Below are positions 16,801-25,012 of a stretch of DNA of 32,000 nt, in pieces; the first letter of the stretch is position 1; each line of letters opens with the position of its first letter. The notes below the pieces were generated by a model. That model did not search any database and was not told the origin of the DNA. It was given only the letters and a program-made list of their open reading frames with translations. Origin of the DNA: Chlamydiota bacterium (GTDB taxonomy: Bacteria > Auribacterota > JACPWU01). Location: NCBI GenBank assembly GCA_016196885.1, contig JACPWU010000021.1, positions 30,001 through 62,000 of the forward strand. Reading direction: 5' to 3'. Made by a program: the position numbers and the translations under genes.

Positions 16801-19800
16801 GGGGGGAACCGCAGATGCGGACATTGACGCCCCTGAGGCCTGGGACACTACAAAGGGGGCAAGCTCGGTCGTGGTGGCAGTGATTGACACGGGTGTAGAT
16901 TACACACATCCTGACTTATCAGCCAACATGTGGACAAACTCAGGAGAAATCCCAAACAATGGATTGGACGATGACGGAGATGGTTATGTGGACGACTATC
17001 GAGGATGGGATTTTGTGAACGAAGACAATGATCCTATGGATGACAATAAGCATGGCACACACGTTTCCGGAACCATTGGTGGAGTTGGAAACAACGGTAC
17101 AGGCGTCGCCGGTGTTTGTTGGAACGTCAAAATCATGCCTCTTAAATTCTTAAGTGGGAGTGGGTCTGGATACACCTCGGATGCAGTCGAGGCCGTTCTT
17201 TACGCCAATAAAAAAGGTGCGAATGTGATGAGCAACAGCTGGGGCGGCGGCGGATATTCTCAGGCCCTGTATGACGCTATTAAAGCGGCCGAGGTGAAAG
17301 GCATTCTCTTCGTAGCCGCCGCGGGAAATAGCTCGAGCAACAATGATCAAGTGGCCAATTATCCCTCGAATTACAACATCTCGAACGTCATTGCCGTCGC
17401 AGCCACAGATGCGAACGATGCCCTGGCCTGGTTTTCAAATTATGGAGCGAACACGGTTCATTTGGGCGCCCCGGGGGTCAGCATCTATAGTACCCTGCCG
17501 GGAAACACCTATGGCTCTTTGAGTGGAACTTCCATGGCGACCCCCCATGTAGCTGGGGCTTGTGCCCTCGTGTGGTCCGCGAATCCTTCCTGGAATTATG
17601 CGAAAGTGAAAAATCAGATCATGGTGGGCACAGATAAAATTTCGAGCATGAGTGGTAAAACAGTTTCAGGCGGTCGGCTGAATGTTTACAAAGCCCTTCA
17701 AGCGGCAGAAACCACGCCTCCCTCAGCCGTCACCGATTTGTCCAGCTCCATGGTTTCTTTTTCCACCCTTAAACTTAAATGGACGGCAACGGGGGATGAT
17801 GGCAATACCGGAACAGCCACCTCTTACGAGATTCGTTATTCTACAAGTTCTATCACGAGTTCTAACTTTAGTTCCGCTACGTTGATCAGCAATACCCCCA
17901 CACCCAAATCTGCTGGAGGGGCTGAAGAATTCAACGTCACAGGCCTTTCCCAAAAGACAACTTATTACTTTGCCATGAAAGTGACCGATGATGCCAGCAA
18001 CACCTCTGGCCTTTCGAATGTGACCTCTGCCACCACAGACGAAGCGGTGGTAACCTACTTGGATAGCATGGAAACAGGAGCCGGATGGACGGTGACAGGC
18101 TTGTGGCATCTTTCCACACGAAAATCTAACAGCCCCACGCATTCTTTCTATTATGGAGACGAGACCAAAGGAAATTACGATACAGGTTCTACCACCCAAG
18201 GGACGCTGACATCCTCTACCATCGACCTTTCATCGGGGGTCACGCCTCAACTCTCTTTTCAATATTGGAGAAAAGTGGAGTCGGGAGGGATCTATGACAA
18301 AACCTATTTAGAAATTTCAAAAGACAATGGCTCCAATTGGACCCAGCTTTGGTACAAGAACTCCAGCAACACCTCTGAACAAGCCTGGACCAGTTCTGGA
18401 CCCTTGGATTTAAGCTCTTACAAAGGCGCTAAAGTCCTTTTGAGATTTACCTTTGATTCTGTGGATGCCTACTTGAATTTTTATGAAGGATTCTACGTGG
18501 ATGATGTTCAAATCTTGGATTCAAAAACAGATTTTAACTGGCTCTCCGTGCAACCAGCAACAGGAACCTTAACAGCCAATCAATCTAGCACCGTGACCTT
18601 AACCTACACAGCCGTTTCTAGCGGAACTTACAAAGGAGCCATTCTGATTAAGAGCAATGACCCTGCCAAACCCTCTACCACCCTTTCTCTAGAGTTGACA
18701 GCCACTCAAGACACAACAGCCCCCTCCGCCATCAGCAATTTAAAAGTTGCCTCCATTGCCAGCAGCAACACCTCTCTAACCCTGACATGGACAGCGCCAG
18801 GCGATGACGACAACGTGGGAACGGCCAGCTCTTATGAAATTCGCTACTCTACAAGCCTCATAACAGATGCTAATTTCAGCGCGGCCACTTTGGCTCCAAA
18901 TCCACCCACGCCCCAAGTCGCGGGAAGCACTGAAACCTTCAGCCTGACAGGGCTCGCCCTTTCACAAAATTATTATTATGTTGCGATCAAGACCCAGGAC
19001 GATGTGGGGCAAGTTTCTAGCCTCTCCAATGTGGTCAAGACGAGTGACTTGGATTCCGATGGGGACGGGTTGTGCGACCAAGATGAGTACAGCATGGGCA
19101 CAGATCCTCTCAAGTCAGATACAGATTCCGATGGGTTCAGCGATGGCCAGGAAAAATCGATTGGGACGGATCCTGTGAAGAGCACAGATTTCCCAGCCAC
19201 GATTATTCTGACATGCGACAATGCCTATGAAATTTACATCAATGGTGTCTTCAAAGGGAATGACTCTAATTGGACAAACAAAGAAACATATTATGCAAAG
19301 TTAGGAGACACCATCGCCATTAAAGGCATAGATCTCGGCGGCATTGCAAGTCTCCTTTGCCAAATCAGCCATGGAAATAAAATCATGCCTTCCAATTTTC
19401 TCTGGAAGGCTTCACCTCAAGCCGCCTCGGGCTGGACAAATCCAAACTTTGACGACTCTTCTTGGCCAGGTGCAGTAGAACATTTTGCATACGGACATGG
19501 GCCCTGGGAACAATGGGTGAACGGATTTGACGCCAGCAACAATTGGATCTGGACGAATCGGCCGGAGGAACATGATACTGTCTATTTTCGGCGGAAGGTG
19601 GACTTTTCACAAAATGCCCTCTTACGGGTTACGGCAGATAATGCCTTTGAAGCTTGGCTGGATGGTCAATACCTGGGATCCAGCAATGTGTGGCATCTGC
19701 CCAAATTTTTTATTGGGACTGTCAGTGAAGGCAGCCTCATCGCCCTTCACGGGATAGACCTGGGAGGGATAGGAGGACTGCTTGCCTCTCTTACCTACGT

Positions 19801-20953
19801 GGACTCGAATGGAAAAAGGCAAATGGTAGGAACCAACTCCTCATGGAAAATAAGTACCACATCCTCCTCGGGCTGGCAAAACACAGGCTTTGACGAAAAC
19901 AGCTGGTCCTCAGCGACAGAGTGGGCTGCCTTCGGAAGTGGGGTGTGGGGTTCTTTTGACATGGGTGCCCATTTTTCGAATGCAAGCCAAGCCAAGTGGA
20001 TTTGGGCCTCGGACCCCTATTCTATCGATGACATCTATGCGAGAAAAACGATCCTCACCCCCAACGCAACACTCAGCATGACGGCGGACAACAAGTTCAA
20101 AGTTTATCACAATGGGAACCTCGTTGCCTCCAGCTCCCAATGGTGGTCCCCCGCCGTCGTCGGTCTTAATAATCTCCAAAATGGAGACGTCATTGCTGTG
20201 AGGGCCGATGATGAAGGAGGCATTGCAGCGTTTCTTGCAAAGCTGGACTTTAATGGAACTCAAATCTTCTCAAATACAACATGGAAGGCCTCCACAGGAC
20301 CTTTCTGGGAAGCAGACCTCTCTTGGACGTCAAAAAGCTATGACGACTCGAACTGGACAAGCGCCTTCCCAGTCGGAGGCAACGGAATATCCCCGTGGGG
20401 ATATTTGTCTGACTGTGGGAGTGCGCAATGGATTTGGGCCTCATCAGACACGGACGGTGTCAACACCTCTTTTTTTAGGTGGACGGTGGGAACCAACAAT
20501 ACAGAAGTAGGTGTAACCTCTTTTCTGGTCAGCGCAGACAATGAATACAAGTTCTACAAGAATGGTGTGCTCATCACATCAGGAAGTCGGTGGTATATGC
20601 CGGAGAGCTTCACATGTTTATTATCCCCTGGGGATGTCATTGCGATCGAGGCAAGAGATTATGGTTATAAAGCGGGACTTTTGCTCTACGCCTCCGGGGC
20701 TTATAACCTCGTCTCGGACAGCTCTTGGAAAATGAGTACCACCGAACAGTCGGGAGGATGGGCGAGTAAAACATTTGACGACTCTGGCTGGGCTTCAGCC
20801 AGTGATCACGGGGCCTACGGCATTGCACCTTGGGGAAGCAATGCTTCAGGATTCCCAACCAGTTCTTCAGCTCGTTGGATTTGGGGCCCCAACAATCAGA
20901 CTGGGGCAACAAACATTGATTCCCACGTCTTCTTCAGAAAGAAAATTGCTTAA
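13847..20953 (+). CDS. Giant secreted multidomain protein (2368 aa) with two complete I9-propeptide + S8 subtilase modules, FN3-like, MAM/lectin-like and Ig-like domains, TSP3-like Ca-binding repeats and four C-terminal beta-sandwich repeats
   Basis: Signal peptide at aa 1-30. Triad 1 is D159 (IIDTG, nt 14321), H214 (HGTHVAG, nt 14486) and S374 (GTSMATPHVAG, nt 14966). Triad 2 is D1014 (nt 16886), H1069 (nt 17051) and S1229 (nt 17531). The second I9-like segment is at aa 889-963. DxDxDG repeats are at aa 1733-1780. Four ~145-aa repeats (ADNxFxxYxNG...GDVIA...GGI.GLLA...W.....GW....FDDSxW...WIW...FR) span aa 1785-2368. Confidence 0.85.
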   Translation: MMKSNWMKRGIVSCILGVGLWGSASLFSFSDEEKKYAPDELLVRYKPGVSSAQIRQLRKAIHAERLEKFSINDVQHYKLEAGQSLQEALSELKGSSKVLYAEPNYVVELNQTPNDPDFSKLYGMNNTGQTGGTADADIDAPEAWNTQTGNQNLVIAIIDTGVDYNHPDLAANIWTNPKEIAGNGIDDDGNGYVDDIHGWDFYNKDADPMDDHYHGTHVAGTIAGVGNNGIGVTGVVWKAKIMALKFLSSGGSGYTSGAISAINYATQMGAKISNNSWGGGGYSQALKDAITANQNAGALFVAAAGNSGVNADTSPMYPAAYDVANIISVAATDAKDQLASFSNYGKTSVDLGAPGVSIYSTAPNNTYKTLSGTSMATPHVAGAVALIWSQFPSLTNLQVKDKLLVSTDPISALSGKTVSGGRLNINNFMENDTTAPAPVTNLATSSVSYFTTTLTWTATGDDGFTGQASTYDLRYSTSAITESNFSSALQASGLPSPKTSGQTETFKVTGLSSNTAYYFALKVKDNVGNTSSLSNVISATTSQGTTFYQDNFENGQGSWVTGGTNGTGGGTLWHLSTRKSNSATHSFYYGSESKGNYNTGQANYGWITSPKIYLTSATNSTLIFNHYLTTENLAPYDEGSVRISTDGGSTFTTLNKFYSTSSKWQQVSVDLSKYDGKTVYIQFYFTTLDALYNSYEGWYVDDVQVMADGQGDTTPPAAISNLAISSLGQYSLTLNWTATGDDGNTGTASFYDLRYSTSTITDSNFSSAVQVSGLSSPKAAGNSESFEVKNLSSGVTYYFAIKATDDLSNTSAISNGVNGKTKTGPKISVSPSTLAKVSLDVGKSTTQSLTIQNTGDENLTFDITEIPTTTASSAESSSSLETGSSASAAYAPSQILVKFKEGLSEAAIHGLGDSVDARTVKIYSDIDVHLIETASGLDAQEMARMYLASGLVEYAEPNYVVQALSTFPNDSSFSQLYGLHNTGQTGGTADADIDAPEAWDTTKGASSVVVAVIDTGVDYTHPDLSANMWTNSGEIPNNGLDDDGDGYVDDYRGWDFVNEDNDPMDDNKHGTHVSGTIGGVGNNGTGVAGVCWNVKIMPLKFLSGSGSGYTSDAVEAVLYANKKGANVMSNSWGGGGYSQALYDAIKAAEVKGILFVAAAGNSSSNNDQVANYPSNYNISNVIAVAATDANDALAWFSNYGANTVHLGAPGVSIYSTLPGNTYGSLSGTSMATPHVAGACALVWSANPSWNYAKVKNQIMVGTDKISSMSGKTVSGGRLNVYKALQAAETTPPSAVTDLSSSMVSFSTLKLKWTATGDDGNTGTATSYEIRYSTSSITSSNFSSATLISNTPTPKSAGGAEEFNVTGLSQKTTYYFAMKVTDDASNTSGLSNVTSATTDEAVVTYLDSMETGAGWTVTGLWHLSTRKSNSPTHSFYYGDETKGNYDTGSTTQGTLTSSTIDLSSGVTPQLSFQYWRKVESGGIYDKTYLEISKDNGSNWTQLWYKNSSNTSEQAWTSSGPLDLSSYKGAKVLLRFTFDSVDAYLNFYEGFYVDDVQILDSKTDFNWLSVQPATGTLTANQSSTVTLTYTAVSSGTYKGAILIKSNDPAKPSTTLSLELTATQDTTAPSAISNLKVASIASSNTSLTLTWTAPGDDDNVGTASSYEIRYSTSLITDANFSAATLAPNPPTPQVAGSTETFSLTGLALSQNYYYVAIKTQDDVGQVSSLSNVVKTSDLDSDGDGLCDQDEYSMGTDPLKSDTDSDGFSDGQEKSIGTDPVKSTDFPATIILTCDNAYEIYINGVFKGNDSNWTNKETYYAKLGDTIAIKGIDLGGIASLLCQISHGNKIMPSNFLWKASPQAASGWTNPNFDDSSWPGAVEHFAYGHGPWEQWVNGFDASNNWIWTNRPEEHDTVYFRRKVDFSQNALLRVTADNAFEAWLDGQYLGSSNVWHLPKFFIGTVSEGSLIALHGIDLGGIGGLLASLTYVDSNGKRQMVGTNSSWKISTTSSSGWQNTGFDENSWSSATEWAAFGSGVWGSFDMGAHFSNASQAKWIWASDPYSIDDIYARKTILTPNATLSMTADNKFKVYHNGNLVASSSQWWSPAVVGLNNLQNGDVIAVRADDEGGIAAFLAKLDFNGTQIFSNTTWKASTGPFWEADLSWTSKSYDDSNWTSAFPVGGNGISPWGYLSDCGSAQWIWASSDTDGVNTSFFRWTVGTNNTEVGVTSFLVSADNEYKFYKNGVLITSGSRWYMPESFTCLLSPGDVIAIEARDYGYKAGLLLYASGAYNLVSDSSWKMSTTEQSGGWASKTFDDSGWASASDHGAYGIAPWGSNASGFPTSSSARWIWGPNNQTGATNIDSHVFFRKKIA

Positions 20954-21801
20954 GCCGCATCACCTTGTTTAGAATGCGTCAGACGATAAACATATTTTCG
21001 CGAAAGACCTTTCATTTCGGCCACCCATTTCACGGCCTCTTTCTTCGATAGATTGTGGTTCTTCATCGTTTCTTCCACTTCTTGAACGAGCGTTGACTCA
21101 TCCAAAGAAGAAACATGGATCTCTTCCTCTTTAAAACCCTGAACAACCAATACAAATTCTCCTTTGAGATTTTTTAAATCCAACCGGGAAAGAATCTCTT
21201 TCAGAAAACCCCTTTCGAAAGTTTCAAACTTTTTGGTCAATTCTCTGGCAACCGTGACCTTTCTATTTCCAAAAATTTCGAAAAGATCTTTAAGACTTTC
21301 TTTGATCCGGCGTACAGATTCATAAAAAATCAAAGTCCTTGGCTCTGCTTTCAAATCCATGAGAAATTTTCTTCTGGCCATTTTTCTCTCTGGCAAAAAT
21401 CCCTCGAAGGCAAAGCGATGAAGCGGCAATCCTGAAATCGTCAAAGCCGTCAAAAAAGCGGCAGGCCCCGGAATAGCAAAAACGGGAATCTGATGCTCAA
21501 TGGCAAGAGCGATCACTTTAAAACCCGGATCCGAAATCCCGGGTGTTCCGGCATCGCTCACCAAGGCAATGTCTTGTCCTTGCCGAAGACGCTCGATCAA
21601 ATCAAGGGAACGAGACTTTTCATTAAAATCGTGACAACTGACGAGGGGCTTGTGAATATCATATCTTTGGAGGAGCTTACTCGTTTGGCGTGTGTCTTCA
21701 CAAGCAATCAGGGTGACCTCTTTCAAAATCCTCAGCGCCCGCAAAGTAATATCCTCTAAGTTTCCAATGGGAGTTGAAACAACATAAAGCGTTCCGGACA
21801 T
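20950..21801 (-). CDS. rsmI: 16S rRNA (cytidine1402-2'-O)-methyltransferase RsmI
   Basis: GTLYVVSTPIGNLEDITLRALRILKEVTLIACEDTRQTSKLL and SDAGTPGISDPG motifs. The ATG at 21801 lies 7 nt after GAGG; the track start at 21813 is a TTG overlapping the upstream stop. Confidence 0.88.
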   Translation of the reverse strand: MSGTLYVVSTPIGNLEDITLRALRILKEVTLIACEDTRQTSKLLQRYDIHKPLVSCHDFNEKSRSLDLIERLRQGQDIALVSDAGTPGISDPGFKVIALAIEHQIPVFAIPGPAAFLTALTISGLPLHRFAFEGFLPERKMARRKFLMDLKAEPRTLIFYESVRRIKESLKDLFEIFGNRKVTVARELTKKFETFERGFLKEILSRLDLKNLKGEFVLVVQGFKEEEIHVSSLDESTLVQEVEETMKNHNLSKKEAVKWVAEMKGLSRKYVYRLTHSKQGDAA

Positions 21802-21809
21802 AGATCGCC

Positions 21810-22922
21810 TCAAGCCTTCTTGAAATACCCTTGTGCAAACTGAATTCTTCTGTGAATACTCGGATGATCATAAAGAAAAATTTCCACCCAGCGGGGTGGA
21901 TTCATTTCGGAGAGATTTTGCTCGGCCAATTTCTTCATGGCCCGAGTAAAGGCATCTACATTTCGGGTCTGGTCTAAAGCAAATTGGTCCGCCTGCTTTT
22001 CTAATTTCCGAGAATACCCATTTTGAAAAGGCATCAACAAAAGTGAAAAAAGAAAAAGGATTAAAAGAAGGATCGGCAGCCCTGCAACGTCGGCAATTCC
22101 ATTCAGATGAAGGGTTAGAATCAACCGCCCTAAAAATTGAGAAGCACAAAAAAATCCCGAAAGACTTGCAAAAAGTCCCAACGTCATCAGCCGCCAAAGA
22201 TGACGATGGTAATCATGTCCCAATTCATGCGCCAAAACCACTTCAATTTCATCTGGCGAAAAATGTGTAATCAAAGTATCCCCCAAAATAATTCTCTTAG
22301 AACTTCCGAGCCCCGTACACATGGCATTCGCCTTTTTAGTCTTTCGACTCATGTCCATTTGAAAAACGCCCAGCACCTTCACGCCCGCGCGATGGGCCAA
22401 AGCCTTCAGTTTTTCCACCAAAGAAGAATCCTTGAGTGGCTCCACCTTATAAAAAAGCGGCAAAATCAAGGTCGGGGTAATCCGCCCTAAAATCACCGTG
22501 AAAAGAAAATAGAAAAAAGAGGCAAAAAGCCACCATCCATGAGGAAACGCCCTCAACAAAATGTAAATGACCTCAACAGAGATAAGAGAAAAAATCAAAT
22601 TTAAGAAAAAACCCTTCACTCCATCCCACAACCACTGGAGAAAACTCTGTTTAGACAGCTTAAAATAATGCTCCACACGAAACGCAGCATACCCTAAAGG
22701 AAAGGCAATCATCGTCATTAAAATTATAAATACACCCATATATAATGCGTTTTTTACATAAAAATTGGGAAAGTAACTATAAATAATACTTAATAAATTA
22801 AAAGAACATCCACTTATTTGGAAAAAAAGCAAAAATAGAAGAAAAATAAAGAGGTTAGCCATAAAAAATAACCTCTTTATTTTTGCATAACTTTTTGACT
22901 TAGAATGAGTTTCTTTTTCCAT
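21810..22922 (-). CDS. M48-family (Ste24/HtpX-like) integral-membrane zinc metallopeptidase
   Basis: HELGHDYHRH zinc motif, several hydrophobic helices and a C-terminal DHPSIHRRI. The start is uncertain: ATG 22922 has no SD, while ATG 22862 has AGAGG 9 nt upstream. Confidence 0.8.
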   Translation of the reverse strand: MEKETHSKSKSYAKIKRLFFMANLFIFLLFLLFFQISGCSFNLLSIIYSYFPNFYVKNALYMGVFIILMTMIAFPLGYAAFRVEHYFKLSKQSFLQWLWDGVKGFFLNLIFSLISVEVIYILLRAFPHGWWLFASFFYFLFTVILGRITPTLILPLFYKVEPLKDSSLVEKLKALAHRAGVKVLGVFQMDMSRKTKKANAMCTGLGSSKRIILGDTLITHFSPDEIEVVLAHELGHDYHRHLWRLMTLGLFASLSGFFCASQFLGRLILTLHLNGIADVAGLPILLLILFLFSLLLMPFQNGYSRKLEKQADQFALDQTRNVDAFTRAMKKLAEQNLSEMNPPRWVEIFLYDHPSIHRRIQFAQGYFKKA

Positions 22923-22963
22923 AGTGAATTCTTCAATAAAAAAATATACGGTGGGAAATAATT

Positions 22964-23800
22964 TTATGAGGAGACAGCTTCTACAATTCTCTCCAAATCT
23001 TCCACAGAATAATATTCAATCTCGATTTTGCCCTTTTTCTGACCGTGTTTGATATAAACCTTGGTATGAAGTGCCTCTTCTAACTTTTCTTCCATGGCCT
23101 TGAGCTCAGGATTTTTCTTCAAAATCTTTCGATGAAAAGGTTTTTTCTGAACTTGCACCCTCTCTTCAATTTCGCGAACGGAAAGGCCCCTTTTCACAAC
23201 CTCTTGCGCCCATTTGATCTGGTCTTGCGAGTTGGAAAGCCCCAAAATAGCCTTGGCATGCCCAAAGGTTAAATCCCCTTTTTCCATCATTTCTTGAATT
23301 TCTTTGGGGAGACTCAAAAGGCGAAGAAAGTTGGCTACCGTCGCTCTGTTTTTTCCAACCTTCTCTGCTACAGAGTCTTGAGTCAATTCATAATCCCGCA
23401 TCAGCCGCATGTAGGCCCGGGCTTCCTCCATCAGACCTAAATTCTGCCTCTGAATATTCTCAATCAACGCCATTTGCAAAGAGGCTTCATCTGTTGCCTC
23501 TTTCACAAGCGCTGGAATCCGTGTCCAGCCCAAGGCCTTGGCAGCCCTGAGTCGCCTTTCTCCAGCGATTAATTCATATCGGGATTGATGTCTGCGAACC
23601 AAAATAGGTTGAAGAAGCCCGCTTGTTTTCAATGACTCTTTGAGTTCTATCAAAGAAGCCTCATCAAAATCTTTTCGAGGCTGCTGGGGATTGAGATCTA
23701 TCCATTGAATATCCACCGATTCTACTTTCCCATCAGGTCCTGCAATGGGTGTGTTTTGAATTAATGCACCTAACCCCTTGCCTAAAGCTTGCTTAGCCAT
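22964..23800 (-). CDS. parB: Chromosome partitioning protein ParB (Spo0J)
   Basis: ParB box LLQPILVR...YELIAGERRLRAAKALG and the HTH LTQDSVAEKVGKNRATVANFLRLL. GGAGG lies 8 nt upstream of the ATG at 23800. Confidence 0.92.
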   Translation of the reverse strand: MAKQALGKGLGALIQNTPIAGPDGKVESVDIQWIDLNPQQPRKDFDEASLIELKESLKTSGLLQPILVRRHQSRYELIAGERRLRAAKALGWTRIPALVKEATDEASLQMALIENIQRQNLGLMEEARAYMRLMRDYELTQDSVAEKVGKNRATVANFLRLLSLPKEIQEMMEKGDLTFGHAKAILGLSNSQDQIKWAQEVVKRGLSVREIEERVQVQKKPFHRKILKKNPELKAMEEKLEEALHTKVYIKHGQKKGKIEIEYYSVEDLERIVEAVSS

Positions 23801-23906
23801 AGTTATGCCTCCTCGTTATTTTGATTTATCCCCTTCCTCGTCCACACCTGCAAACACTTACCCTGACTCGGTCATGTGGAGAGGGCTCCCCCCTTATTTC
23901 AAGTTT

Positions 23907-24779
23907 TTACAAGATTTTATAGTCCCCGCGGGATAGTTCCCTGTGGAAAAGAGGGCTGGGGGAGTTATGAGTTTTCGTAGTGTCGCCAACCTTTAAGGAT
24001 TCAAAAGATTGAACCCCTAAGTTACGTTCCATAAACTCCTTAGCAAACTGTAAATAGCTTTCAGCTCCTATCGAAGCCTCATCATAATAAAGAATCGGTT
24101 TCCCGAAGCTGGGGGCTTCGCTCAGTCGGACACTGCGAGGAATGACTGTTTTGAATATGAACTCTGGGAAATACTTGCGCACCTCTTCCATCACTTGCCG
24201 CGTTAAATTGGTTCTCAAATCAGCCATGGTGAAAAGAATGCCTGCGACTCCCAAATGCGAATTGATATTGGCCCGGACCAGATCCACCGTTTTTAGAAGC
24301 TGTGTTAATCCCTCCAAGGCATAATACTCGCATTGAATCGGCATGAGAACCCCATCAGCCGCTGAAAGGGCATTGATGGTCAGCACATTTAAAGAAGGCG
24401 GACAATCAATGATAATGCATCCATAATTTTCCTTAGCTTTTGCTAAGAGCTTTCTTAAAATATTATTTCTATCCTCGATTTCTAAAAGCTCAATCTCAGC
24501 TCCCGTTAAATCCGCAACTGAGGGAATCACCTCCATTCCATCCCAAGAAGTGGACACGATTGCTTCGGCTAGAGGCAATTGCTTCACCAAAACACTGTAA
24601 ATACTCTTTTCAATTTTATTTCGATCCAAACCGACGCCACTGGTCGCATTGGCTTGGGGATCCATGTCAATGAGAAGAGTTTTAACTTTTAACCGGGAGA
24701 GAGAAGCAGCCAAATTAACAGCCGTGGTCGTTTTTCCAACGCCCCCTTTTTGGTTGGTAACCGCAATGATTTTACCCAT
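23907..24779 (-). CDS. parA: Chromosome partitioning ATPase ParA (Soj) with a ~38-aa C-terminal extension
   Basis: Deviant Walker A NQKGGVGKTTTAVNLA, IIIDCPPSL and the rest of a ParA core up to about aa 252. The tail (aa 253-290) reads through repeat 23922-23968. Confidence 0.9.
   Translation of the reverse strand: MGKIIAVTNQKGGVGKTTTAVNLAASLSRLKVKTLLIDMDPQANATSGVGLDRNKIEKSIYSVLVKQLPLAEAIVSTSWDGMEVIPSVADLTGAEIELLEIEDRNNILRKLLAKAKENYGCIIIDCPPSLNVLTINALSAADGVLMPIQCEYYALEGLTQLLKTVDLVRANINSHLGVAGILFTMADLRTNLTRQVMEEVRKYFPEFIFKTVIPRSVRLSEAPSFGKPILYYDEASIGAESYLQFAKEFMERNLGVQSFESLKVGDTTKTHNSPSPLFHRELSRGDYKIL
23922..23968 (-). repeat. Degenerate copy of the AACTCCCCCAGCCCCTC repeat, forming the 3' end of the parA ORF
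   Basis: AAGAGGGCTGGGGGAGTTA (23949-23967) matches 6785-6804 apart from one G. The upstream part, TCCCCGCGGGATAGTTCCC, is a shortened version of 6750-6775. Confidence 0.5.
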
Positions 24780-24876
24780 AAGGGAATCTCCAGAGGACAG
24801 AACTCAGAATACAGAATAAATACAACTCCTTAATCATTCTGACTTCTGAGTTCTGTCTTCTGTCTTCCGATCTATT

Positions 24877-24892
24877 AGTTCCACGTGGAACA
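24877..24892. promoter_or_regulatory. parS: parS centromere-like site (AGTTCCACGTGGAACA)
   Basis: It matches 14 of 16 positions of the widely conserved parS consensus TGTTNCACGTGAAACA. It lies about 100 bp upstream of parA. Confidence 0.7.
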
Positions 24893-25012
24893 AAATAATG
24901 ATACATGGCTTATACAAAAGAAAGCAAGATTTTTGATGAGCAAAATTAAGAAATCCGCCTTTTTTATTGTGGGTGACTCTGAAAGGGTCCCTCCAAGTTA
25001 TTCTGGAAATTG

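Noticed and set aside
17723-18199. 158-aa minus-strand ORF, and other 60-117-aa ORFs antisense to or out of frame with the giant protease gene
   Set aside because: They are fully embedded in a gene with strong domain evidence. Their translations are Gly/Arg/Cys-rich with no motifs or SD, which is typical shadow-ORF behaviour.
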